From: Selaginella moellendorffii
Lineage: Eukaryota; Plantae; Lycopodiophyta
Assembly: GCF_000143415.4 (NCBI RefSeq)
Contig: NW_003314273.1
Coordinates: 2,236,597 to 2,300,596 of the forward strand
Length of the DNA: 64,000 bases
Direction of reading: 5' to 3'
In this document: positions 13,440 to 24,004 of the stretch, one piece after another
How positions within the stretch are numbered: position 1 is the stretch's first letter
How the letters are laid out: the number at the start of each line of letters is the position of its first letter
The notes under the pieces: model-generated
Told to the model about the DNA's origin: nothing
Database searches by the model: none
What the model saw: only the letters and a program-made list of their open reading frames with translations
Position numbers and translations under genes: made by a program

Positions 13440-13720
13440 TAGCCCCTACCACGTGGCAGGCCTAAAACTTCCCAGCGCAACGTCGGCATCTCATTGGGCC
13501 TCCAGATTCCAAAGCCTGGGATCTGTCGGGGATCTGTCCTCTTCGATCAGAACCGCAAGACAACCGCCAGTTATAACTCGCAGACAATCCCACGGAGCTC
13601 CCACTTTCTTGGAGCCAAAATTCTGGGCAGTATCTCCTGGCATCGATTCTTGTCCAGGTAGATGGACTAACAATCGATTAAGGTTGTAAAACTTTTCCAT
13701 AGAGCTGCGAATGTGAGTTG
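13440..13720 (+). repeat. Duplicated segment, inverted copy at ~20430-20640
   Basis: agcccctaccacgtg.cag.cctaaa, gagctcccactttcttggagccaaaat and tccaggtagatg match the reverse complement of 20430-20640. Confidence 0.75.
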
Positions 13721-13812
13721 TGGACAGTGATCTTTTCTGACATAAGTTTTCCAGAGATCCCCGAGGATTTGCACCCTCGCTGCTAGATCCATAGCTTCTC
13801 TACTTCCAGGGT

Positions 13813-14040
13813 TTGTGGAAGTTCTATAGCTCGAGCTAGACGCTGGCCAGGGCTCAACTCGAGCGGCTTTAGGTTGTGATCTGGAAAGAATGGCATGGCT
13901 CCTCGGCGTCCTCCAGCCTTCCAGACCTCGCGAGAACATCCAGATCATGCTGTAGTGATCCTTGACGGGTCTCAATGCAATGATCCGCCTGCTCACTCGC
14001 GCAACAAGATGGTTGTGAGGATAACTCACAACCATCTCCA
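13813..14040. pseudogene. PPR (PLS/E) gene fragment within a duplicated segment; second copy at ~18004-18280
   Basis: The minus strand here and the plus strand at 18105-18248 encode KDHYS..LDVLARSG(RL)EDAEE, a typical terminal PLS motif. The flanks are direct repeats. Confidence 0.65.
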
Positions 14041-14456
14041 ATTGTTGCCTTGACACCGCCGTGGCGATCACCGTGATCCACGTCCCTTGGTACCATTATC
14101 CGCCTTGACTCTTAAATCTTGGTGCGAGAGAGAAGAGAAGATTTTGAAGGACAAGACCGAAGAAAGAGATGTTTGGCACTTCTTGATCAATCTCTACATG
14201 AGCTTTCTCCCGCGTGACCCAAGTTACCACTCGCACAACCTTTTATTTCCTGGTCTTCGAAACAAAATCTCAGGCGTAGTCCGAGGATCCGGATACAAAC
14301 CACACCTTCCTCCTGCGAGTTAAAAGCGATATCAGCTCTTGCCAAGCCTGGGGATCACCACGCTCCCCACTCATGGATTTTTGGCGTCCACCTCGGCAAG
14401 AGCTTCCCTAGTAAGCTGGTCGTATCGTTCATCAGGGTTAAGGCCTAACTAAACTC

Positions 14457-14677
14457 GTTATGTAGAGGAGGGGCGCAATATTTTTCAAGTGATCAACCCT
14501 GGGAAGATTGGCCAGCCCAGGGACCTGAGGGATAGTCTTGTAGAGCCGATCCCGGGTTCGAACCCACCCGAAGAAGAGGGACCCTCAAATAAAACAAACT
14601 GATCACTCCCTTTTATTTTAACTCCCTTTTATTTTCCCAAGCATGTTGGGGCACGGATTCGAACACACCACTCCTTC
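14457..14677 (+). repeat. ~205-220-bp repeat with tRNA-like B-boxes, copy 1
   Basis: Nearly identical to 17433-17637. Contains gggttcgaaccc (+) and gtgttcgaatcc (-). This copy has an extra 16-nt tandem duplication. Confidence 0.85.
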
Positions 14678-14914
14678 GTACTTACACCTAAAATGTATCA
14701 AACTCCACTCAAACTTGCAACGACGCGATCGTGTTTAGTGCTCTTTGAACATTACTTTGAACGCTCTTTTGAGCTGGACGACTAGAGTTTCATGAATGAG
14801 ACACACTAGAAGACGAGTGCCATGAGATCATGAAGGCTAAAATCAAGGCAATGCTCCTAGCGTGAAGCTCTAATTTCGGGGTTGTCTTTGCTTCTTTCAA
14901 GAGACTTTTTCATC

Positions 14915-15901
14915 TCGCACACCGTGTAGACTGCATCTGTGTGGTTCAATGGCGCACAGCCGCAAAGACCATCTCCATCACAGTTAAACTTGCCACCGCC
15001 GCCACAGCACGACTGGAGCGAGTTCGTGAAGCCAAACTCATCCATGTTCTCCAAAACGTAGGTGTTGGCAGCAAACCAATCAAAGTAGTAAACAGTGAGA
15101 CCGGGATACTCTTGGGTGAGCTCGGCCGCCAAAGCCTGGAGTTGTGAGTTGAAGTAGGAGATAAGCTGGGCAATCTCGACAATACAACCATCCTTGTTGT
15201 AGTGGTACACGGGGAACTGCTGGAAGGACTGAAGATAGTTTGGCGAGCAATCGGCGCGGGGCATGTTGTAGAGCAAGACATGGCGAGCTCCGTGTGCGTA
15301 CAAGTTGTGGATTCCATCGGCCAGGCCCCGGATCACGGCCGGAATTGTGACATTGATCACGTAGCCACCTCCCAGCGGCAGCCCGAAGTTGATATCGCCA
15401 CCTCCAATCTCGACCATGTAGAGCGCACCATGGAGAGCTATCCTCGCGGCCGTATTCACCCACGACCTTGGAGCGGTGACGCACGAAATCGTCAACCTGG
15501 GCAGAGAAGATGTGCGGGTTGGAGAATGGTTGGTTCTCGACCTTGGTCACGGTGGCTCCAGCGTATCCAAAGTTGAGGCTGACAAACTCGGTGCCATTGA
15601 ATTCGAGGCTCGGTGGAGCTTCTGGATCAGAAAGTCGGGGATGACGAGGCCATCGCTGTAACGTCCGGTGGGCCTTCCGTAGGTGATGTCATAGGGAAAC
15701 ATGCCCGAGAGAGTCTTCCCGCAAGCCTCGATGTCGCGGTTGCCACCATCGCTGAGAGAATCTGCGAATGTAAAGACTACAGTGGGACAGATTGAGCCCC
15801 GCCTTGGGCGATCGGATCGCAGCAGACTGAGAAAACAGTGAGGCGATGAAAAGAGCAAAGATTGCAAGAACAGTGGAGGCTATCTACTTGACGAGCGACA
15901 T
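14915..15901 (-). pseudogene. GDSL esterase/lipase pseudogene (intronless, 3'-truncated)
   Basis: Blocks FADSLSDGGN, PTGRYSDGLVIPDF, NFGYAGAT, ALYMVEIGGGDI, LYAHGARH and FGFTNSLQSCCG are present. TAG at codon 6, several frameshifts, and no C-terminal DxxH block. Confidence 0.85.
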
Positions 15902-15944
15902 GGAGCATTAGCTGGTCCCTAGGAATTCCCATGTACAAGATTAC

Positions 15945-17200
15945 GGGCGTCATGTGGATCTTCTACGGCGGCAGGAGCAGGGGCTCTTCGAAATCTGGAA
16001 TGCGACGCGCGATTCTTCTCAGGCCGATGCCTTGCGCTCGCAGATCGAGCTCAATCACCAGATCCAGCAGCTGGTATCAGCGCCAGACATGGATACGATC
16101 CGGGAATGCGGGGCTGCCAGGGCCAGAATTTTTCTCATCCAGACGCCACGGCAAGCTCGTACAATGGCGGCCGAGAGAGGATCGCTTCCTTCTCGTGATT
16201 TGCACGTCCGACCAGATCTCCAATCACCTCATCTGCCTCGAGAAACACATGTTCTTCGCGGCGCTGCTCGATCGCACGCTCGTTTTTCCCGACCCCTGCG
16301 TCGATTACTCGTACGAGAAGACGCTCGACATCGCCCACATTTGCAGCTGCCTAGGAGAGAAGACTCTCCTCACACTCCATGAGTTTCTCGGCAAGAACAA
16401 GACGGACATCCGGCTCCTGTGCTACATGAGTGGCTGCTTCTTGGACGAAGATCACGAGAAGAAGATTAAAGCTTTGGGACTTCCAAGACCGATGCCTGGC
16501 CTGAAGAAGCTTCTCTCAAAGGCTATCCATCTCGTCCTCGCGCGAGCGAATTCGTGGCGAAGTTCTCTTGCGAGGACGAGGTCCTTGGCATAGGGGACGT
16601 GTTCTACTCGGACGTGGAGTCGGAGCTCGTAGCACAGATTGGTGGTCCATTTCAGCACTCGTGCAAGACGATCATCCGTCCAAACCGGCCCATTCTTCTC
16701 ACCGCGCAAAGGTTCGTGCAGACTCCAACTTCATGGCGCTCCACTTTCGTCAGCATGGCTCCTTGAAGTTCTGGTAAGAAGAGCTTCGCCACCTTTTCTC
16801 TTCTTCTTATGATCTTTTGTCTCTTTTTTGGCAGCAATGTAAAGAATGAGAGCTGCTTCTTCCCGATTCCTCAAGCTGCCAGCTGCATCTCGAGGAAGAT
16901 CCAGGAGGCCAAGCCCTGAGTGATCTACATCTCGCGGTGGAGAGCGAGATCACTCTCCTCCAGCAATTGCTCGGCCCTGACGTTCCAATGATCCAGAGGC
17001 CACAGCACGACTCGAGAGAGAAATGGGACGCGATCCTGCAAAGAAAAGGCCTGCTAGCTGATAACCAGGTGAGCGATCTAAGCAAGCAGCTTCTTCTTTC
17101 TAACGCATTTTTCTTTGATTGCAAAGGTGGTAGCGATGCTGGACAAAACGATCTGCGCTATGGCCCAATCGTTCATCGGGACGCGGGGCTCCCAAGTTTT
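15945..17200 (+). pseudogene. O-fucosyltransferase family (OFUT36/At5g50420-like) pseudogene
   Basis: QISNHLICLEKHMFFAALLDR, IGDVFYSDVE, PILLTAQRFVQT and NFMALHFRQHGSLKF are spread over three frames. Introns remain at ~16774-16834 and ~17069-17126. Confidence 0.85.
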
Positions 17201-17432
17201 AATCTGTGTTGGCTATGAAATTTGGATGCTGTCTTTGGCATAGAACACCATCGCAGCTATTGCTACTTCCCCACTCTTTCCGCAATCTCACGATATCATC
17301 TGTGAAAGAGAAATTCTCTTCTTGACTTGTTCAAACGCATGCTTCGACGATCAAGCTCCAAGTCTTCGAATTTTCATTTTCCCGTTAGAATATACGTTCC
17401 AAGGCTTAAACCAAACTAAGTATAGTTCACGG

Positions 17433-17640
17433 GTTATGTAGAGGAGGGGCGCAATATTTTTCAAGTGATCAACCCTGGGAAGACTGGCCAGCCCAGGGAC
17501 CTGAGGGATAGTCTTGTAGAGCCGATCCCGGGTTCGAACCCACCCGAAGAAGAGGGACCCTCAAATAAAACAAACTGATCACTCCCTTTTATTTTCCCAA
17601 GCATGTTGGGGCACGGATTCGAACACATCACTCCTTCACA
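17433..17640 (+). repeat. ~205-bp repeat with tRNA-like B-boxes, copy 2
   Basis: Direct repeat of 14457-14677. Ends tgtagaggag...ctccttcaca form an imperfect terminal inverted repeat. Confidence 0.85.
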
Positions 17641-17665
17641 AACCCATCAATAATACATTCTTGAG

Positions 17666-18005
17666 ATGAAGGCTGGAGGTGGCTCTTGCGTCCTCATCAC
17701 TGGGGTATGTATGTCTTTTGGCACACACGAAAAAAGCAGAGAGAATAAGTTCTCGTCATCGGCTCACTTTCACTTGAACGAACTGTCTTTTCCAGGGAGG
17801 GCGCTGGACCTTGCGAGGCGTGGTGGAAACATCACGATTGTGGATTTGTCATGTGAGAATGGGCTGTGAACCCTGAGCTTGGTAAGAGAGCCGACGAATC
17901 CGAATCCTCCCTTTGCCATCTTTGTTGAGTGTGATCTCTGCGATCTGGGTGAGAGAGATACTTCAGCATCGGTTTGTTAGATATTTTCCTCCTGTAGAGC
18001 AAGTG
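17666..18005 (+). pseudogene. SDR pseudogene fragment, copy 3 (inverted relative to the others)
   Basis: Exon 1 MKAGGGSCVLITG (GAGSGI partly deleted), exon 2 with a deletion, and the start of exon 3. Reverse complement of ~21500-21889. Confidence 0.8.
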
Positions 18006-18702
18006 TGGAACTTCTGTAGCTACCTAGGCACTGGCTCCAGCGGCTTTACGTGAACTTTGCAAGCCGCGAGGAACAAAGCCCAAGAGATGTGATCTGGAAA
18101 GAATCTTGTTGCGCGAGTGAGCAATTGTATTGAGTGTTTTGCATCCATGGAGGCGGATCATTGCATTGCGTTAAAGATCACTACAGCAGCGTTCTGGATG
18201 TTCTCGCGAGGTCTGGAAGGAGGACGCCGAGGAGCTCATCTACACGCCATGGTTGTGAGGATAACTCACAACCATCTCCAAAAGATAGAATAACTCTTTT
18301 GTTGCTAGCGACCGCAGGGTCAAATAAGGATTAGGGCTCTTGAGGTTCTGAGAGACTAGGGCTTTTTCTATCGCTCTACATTGGCAACGCTGACGATCGG
18401 CATGGATCCTCATGGATCCATTTTGCCTGGGTGATGGCTGCGCGTCGCCCGGCAGCTCCCGGCAAGATCGTCCTTGCAAAGCTTATACTCCATAGCTTTG
18501 TGTTCGAGCTCACGATCTTCTAACAGAGGGGTGGAGGGGGTGATTGTTCTCGTCCACTGCATTGGCGGGTTTTCTCGCAGCGCGTCGGTGGTGACGAGGG
18601 GCTTGGACGAGGCGCTAAGGAGGGGATTCGCTTCAACGCGGGATTGCTTGCGTCTTACCAACGGAGAGAATGTGTATGATTTGAAACTTCCAATGTCAAG
18701 AT

Positions 18703-20067
18703 CTAGAGAAGCTCCTTTAGACGAGCGCGGGAAACCTCCATGGCCTCCATGGCCTTGGATTTGATTTCCTTTGCTCGTTTCCTCAGCGTTTCACTGCCCA
18801 TCAAACTCCTGGCTGCTCGCTCGACTTCGCTCCTTCCAACAATCCTGGAGCTTCCATCGCTGCTGCTCTTGCTCTCGATCCTCACCCCGGCTCTCCACAT
18901 GTCCACCATGAACTTACAGTTGATGGGCTGGTCGCCCAAGATCGGCCACCCAATCATCGGGACCCCGCAGCTCAAGCTCTCGAGCGTCGAGTTCCAGCCA
19001 CAGTGCGTAACAAATCCTCCCACGCTCGGGTGCCTGAGAATATCAATCTGCGAGCTCCATGACACGATCAACCCCCGCTTTCCAATCCTCGTCCGCAAGC
19101 CCTCGAGGAAATCCCCGAGCTTCCGCTGGGAGCTCTCAGGTAGGACCCAGAGAAAGCTCTGCTGGCTTGCCTCCAAGCCATAGCCGACCTCCATGACTTG
19201 TTCTTCCGGGAGCTCCAGCATTGTTCCAAAGCACACGTACAATGCGGACGAAATCTCTTGTGCGTCGAGCCATTCCTTTTGGGTGTGATCTTCCAGATTT
19301 GATCCCGGCCCGACGGGCAAAGGTCCAACGTTGACAAGCTTGCGAAATCCCTGCTCTCGCAAAGCACCCAAAGTTTGCTCCTCCACCTCGTCCAAAGTAT
19401 TGACGAGCAGCCGTGGAGCCTTGAGCAGCGGGTTTTTGAGCTTTCTCATCGAGCTAAAGCCCACTGGATCCAGAGGGTCCTCGGGGATGTCTGTGAAAAC
19501 CGAGAGCTCGCAAGGAATGCCTGGTATCACGGACGAATCCACCACTTTCTTCTCGGGCGACCGATCATTCCTGGAGAGCGGAAGGAATCCTTTCTCCAGG
19601 AGCGTCTCGACGTTGACAGAGATGTGGAGCATGGCCGCCGACGACGTCCAAAACGCAGCAACGTTGCAATCTAAGCTCTCGAGAGGCTCGACAAGCAAGA
19701 AGTCAATGATGGCCAGGGAAACCGGCCCGACCTCGCGAGCAGAAGCCGCGACGAGCTTCTTAATCTCGTCCGAGTTCCTGGCCATGATCTCGATGCTCTC
19801 GGGGAACTTATAGCCTTCGCTGCGGTTTCTATCGACTTCCAGAGCCTGAAATCTAATGGCTTGCCTCAAGTTTTGGTCGCCATCGCAGAGATGATTGAGG
19901 GCCGAGAGTGATGCTCGGAGAGTGCTGCTCGTTGTGATGAATGTGATGTCGGATCCAAGGGACGCTAGCTGCACAGAGAGCTGGAGCAACGGATTAGTGT
20001 GGCCAGCGATTGGAAGAGGAATCACCACAACGTGAGACGGATTGGTTTTCGTGCTTCCGGACGCCAT
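18703..20067 (-). CDS. Family-1 UDP-glycosyltransferase (intronless)
   Basis: Intact ORF with N-terminal HVVVIPLPIAGHTNP (catalytic His) and a full PSPG box WSSQIDILRHPSVGGFVTHCGWNSTLESLSCGVPMIGWPILGDQ. Confidence 0.95.
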   Translation of the reverse strand: MASGSTKTNPSHVVVIPLPIAGHTNPLLQLSVQLASLGSDITFITTSSTLRASLSALNHLCDGDQNLRQAIRFQALEVDRNRSEGYKFPESIEIMARNSDEIKKLVAASAREVGPVSLAIIDFLLVEPLESLDCNVAAFWTSSAAMLHISVNVETLLEKGFLPLSRNDRSPEKKVVDSSVIPGIPCELSVFTDIPEDPLDPVGFSSMRKLKNPLLKAPRLLVNTLDEVEEQTLGALREQGFRKLVNVGPLPVGPGSNLEDHTQKEWLDAQEISSALYVCFGTMLELPEEQVMEVGYGLEASQQSFLWVLPESSQRKLGDFLEGLRTRIGKRGLIVSWSSQIDILRHPSVGGFVTHCGWNSTLESLSCGVPMIGWPILGDQPINCKFMVDMWRAGVRIESKSSSDGSSRIVGRSEVERAARSLMGSETLRKRAKEIKSKAMEAMEVSRARLKELL

Positions 20068-20706
20068 AGCTGACAAGCTCTCTCGGCTTGAGAATGAGAA
20101 AATGACTTCACAACAAAAGAGTTAGGTTTGATATTAGTAGAACTTCTGACCATTTGCTTGTTGCTTGTTGCTTGTTGCTTCCTTGCTCTGTGAACACTCC
20201 CGTGTTTACCGGATCTCTTCATACGTGGCTAGGCTCAAGCCGGGCATTCAACGGAAGGTGGCAAAGCGACACCATTCCAAACGACAGAAGAAAATCTTGG
20301 TGAATCTGCTGAAGCTAATGCCTTACTCTTACATGCTTATCAGGTAAGAAAATGTTTTAAGTTGAGATTATATGCATATGTTGAGATTTGTGCCAAGTTG
20401 GGCCATAAACAGCATCCACGGTATGGATCACTCATTTTCTCGCAGCTCTTTGGAAAAGTTTAGTCGATGGTTCATCTACCTGGACGAGAATCGACGCCAG
20501 GCGATGAGAACCGACTGGAATCTTGGCCAGGATTTTGGCTCCAAGAAAGTGGGAGCTCTGTGGGATTGTTATAGCTGGTGTTCCGATTGAAGGGGAGGCC
20601 ACAGATCCTGGTTTAGGTCTGTCACGTGGTAGGGGCTTACATTTTTCTGCTGGATGTTCTAGCAGTCTACGTAGAAGCAAACTATTTTTGTGATCAAACG
20701 CTACTT

Positions 20707-21889
20707 TCATCCGATCTTACTAAGATCGCAGGGCCAGTAGAGGGCACCCGTTGAATAGACCCACAGGCATGCGCCAGCTTGTTTCTCGTCCTTGATCAGC
20801 TCCAGTATCGCTGCGAACAAGGCAAAGAGAAAGAAAAACATGACAAATGAGTACATGAAAGATACTGTATGTGTTACCTTGAATTATCTTTTCCATTGGT
20901 ATGAAGCCACCAGTTGCAGCGATCATCTCCTTGGGGACAATGTCAGTCATGGGCGTTTCAACGTACTGAAACATCAGCAATAGTATCAAGTTCGCTTATG
21001 ATTCTGCAAAAGAAAGAAAAAAGGATGAACTCCAAACACAGAACGTTTGCTCGTATGCCTTCGCTCTGTAATTCCACAAGCGACCTTGTGAACATCACGA
21101 GTCCACCTATCATTAAAGAAGAAAACAAACTTAGAAGTCGAGAAACGAAAAAAAATGTACTTACCCTTGGATGCCGAGTAGATTGGATACAAAGGGACAG
21201 GAAAGAGTCCGGCAGCCGAGGCGAGATTGACAATGGCTCCTCCGGGACCGTCCTGGGACTTCATAGCTTGGATCTGTTCAAATGATCATCCAGATATGTT
21301 TTAAAGGTGTCAGTGGAAATCTCTTCCAGAATCGAGAGTTACTGCTTGGCTTGTGCATTCGATGGCTGCCATGAGGTTCACGCTCAAGACCTTGTGCCAT
21401 TTATCATCGCTCACGAAGTCCCCCTGCTCGACGATCCCTGCACAGTTGACGCACGCATCCAGTCTCGAGAACGTGTTCTTGTGCTCCTTGAACGCCTTTG
21501 CGACTTGCTCTACAGGAGAAAAATATTTAATTGGGAAAAGAAATGCTGGAGTGTCTCTCTCACCTGGATCGCAGACATCACACTCGACGAAGATGGCAAA
21601 GGGAGGATTCGGATTCGTCAGCTCTTGGTGCTCCTCTCTTACCAGGCTCAGGGTTCGCAGCCCATTCTCACATGACAAATCCACAATCGTGATGTTTGCA
21701 CCACGCCTCGCAAGGTCCAGCGCCAGCGCCCTCCCTGGAAAGCCAATTCGATCGAGTCAAAGTGAGCCGATGACGAGAACTTCTTATTCTCTCTTCTTTC
21801 TCTTTTGCTGTGTGTGCCAAACGAAGAGACATACCAATGCCGGATCCAGCGCCAGTGATGAGGACGCAAGAGCCACCTCCAACCTTCAT
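20707..21889 (-). CDS. Stand-alone short-chain dehydrogenase/reductase, 7 exons; possibly recently disabled
   Basis: Exons 21889-21835, 21734-21564, 21509-21343, 21273-21165, 21106-~21030, 20965-20878 and 20810-20707. Motifs TGAGSGIG, NCAGI, LASAAG, YSASK and ELIKDEKQAGACLWV..YWP. The exon-5 donor lacks an in-frame GT. Confidence 0.8.
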
Positions 21890-22419
21890 CTTCAGCTCGT
21901 TCAAGAATACATTATAGACGTATTTAAAAGAAAGCTATAAGCTGCCTGGGTTTGAGGGTTTCACAAGTTTTGCCAGCCACTTTCTCGATAATGACATGCT
22001 CTGAGTAAAGTTGGTGCTTAAAGGGAAGGATGAAGTCGTCATTGTGATGACCGTGAGAGAAGGATGCTTAGAATGCCCCGTTAGGATCAACGAGACAATT
22101 GTGTCGGGCAAAAGACTCGCAAGAATTTCTTGCATGAGGATTTCTTCTAGAGAATCCCGTGCGAGATGATGATACTTGAGAATAGCATTGAGCTTTATTT
22201 TTCCCTGCTCTTGGTCTGACAACAGATTTCATTGAACCAATGGTGATATATATATATAATCTGCTTTTAATAAAATTTAGATTAGTAGAGTTAGTCTTAA
22301 GCACTAGCAGCTGGCTACGTTTGAAGTACCAGCTTATAGCAATTTTCTCTCTATGGTATTATTTTCATTATAAATTGAAAACTTCCTTTAAACAAAGTAA
22401 TTATCCAAGAAGAAGGCCT

Positions 22420-23800
22420 TAACGTGAAGCTCTCTTCATTTTTGGAAACAAAGTCCAGATACGAGTGGAATTTCTGCCGTCAATCAGCACCTTTGAGCCA
22501 CCCTTTGAATGCCAGTGCAATCCAAGACTTCTGGAATGGTTGTGACTGGTTGTTGTACATGTTGAGGTTTATATCGAGTTTCACTGTGCATGGCAATCAT
22601 GCCACCTCAGTTGTTGAGAAGCCGCATAGACACATCGCTCTGTGTCATCCTTTTGGGCACTAAGGATGAATTGGAGCGTGTCTCACCAGGCCCGGGTTTC
22701 AATTGGAAGAACACCAGCTTTCATACCAATCAGCCTGTACTGAATTGGGCTGCAAAGTTTCGGTGGGTAACTTCTAGGTCTGCCCAGCCTTTCTTGTGTT
22801 GTCCCAGCAGGATTGCCAGTATCTGTGTAAGAGTTGGCGCTGAGCATCCCAGTGGACAGAGCATTTTGTGGAGGGCTCGCTGTCCAGCTGCCATCTGGGT
22901 TTGAATGCCTGGTTTCCACAGTCTCATGTTGCTCAGCATGTACCACAGGTATTTGTATTTGTTGGTCTTGCTCACATCCTGCCCATGATAGTAAAGACGC
23001 AGGCTTTTTTGCCACGGCCATATATGAGGAGCTGAGTCTTCTCGAGATTGATTGAGAGTTATGTGAGGGAGTAGAAACGTTGAAAGGCATTTAGTTGGCA
23101 TCTAGCAATAGCTGATAGAGTCTGGCTAGCTATATAGCTGAGAGCTTTTTGTCCTAGAACGGCATCAATGTATGACTCGATGCTGGGTTGTCCCCATAGT
23201 GCTCGTAGAGTATGGGCGTTAAGGTTCTGGATCCTCCTCAACGTATCGTGGGTGCCAAGTTGGACGACGCTCCACTCGCATGGGTGAGATCAAGTCGGAT
23301 CCACGATGTCAGCCGCAGTCATGGTCGCGTGCATGTAGCTGATGGTGGAAGTAGTTTATCCTTCTCATGGGGACTGCGGTGTAGAGAGGGATTGACAAAG
23401 ATGATCACCGTTGCCCAGTTGCTTTGCGTTTGAATGGCACTGCTGCAATTCAAAGAAGCTACTTGATATGACAAGATGAGGATGGTGTCCTGTGTTGGGT
23501 GTAGTCCCTGGGCTCCATCATACTCCAGCTGATGAGTGCTCGTGATGGGAATGCCTGTGGCTATGGGCAGGAGCAAACTAGATGGCACCAATGAAGCGTG
23601 TCCTAATGGGGCATGCTTGTGATTGCACCACTCCAGATTCATTTGCGCTCTCTTTGTGACCAAGGGTGAGAGGAAGATTGGGCTCTACCCTTCAATTTGT
23701 CTTATAAACTGGCGAGAGAAAGCGAAGCAGGGGTTGTTTTCTGAGATTTCGGCTTGAGCTCCCGCCTGATCTTTGCTGCCATGTCTCGTTGCCATAGCTA
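22420..23800 (-). mobile_element. Probable degenerate LINE ORF2 C-terminal remnant
   Basis: Intronless chain of broken Trp-rich frames (WPWQKSLRLY, KYLWYML, KSWIALAFKGWL) in the style of the L1 post-RT region. No diagnostic YADD motif seen. Confidence 0.35.
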
Positions 23801-24004
23801 TCTTGGTGGCTCCTCATTATAAACATTGTCACAGCTCCTCACAATACCCACCATCAAGGGGGACAGATCCGAGGTTCTTGTTATTACCATCCACACTGTT
23901 AATTTAGGTCATTGTTCAGAGAAGCTTTTATTTATAAACACGCCCACGTGGCAGACCTTTATATTTACTTTGGAATATTCCCGCGACCATTTGTTTTAGG
24001 GTTT

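Noticed and set aside
14457-14677. tRNA gene (B-box and T-arm-like sequence)
   Set aside because: No convincing cloverleaf or A-box could be assembled; treated as a tRNA-like repeat.
14457-17640. Intact LTR retrotransposon/TRIM with these repeats as LTRs
   Set aside because: No primer-binding site, polypurine tract or matching TSD, and copy 1 does not end in CA.
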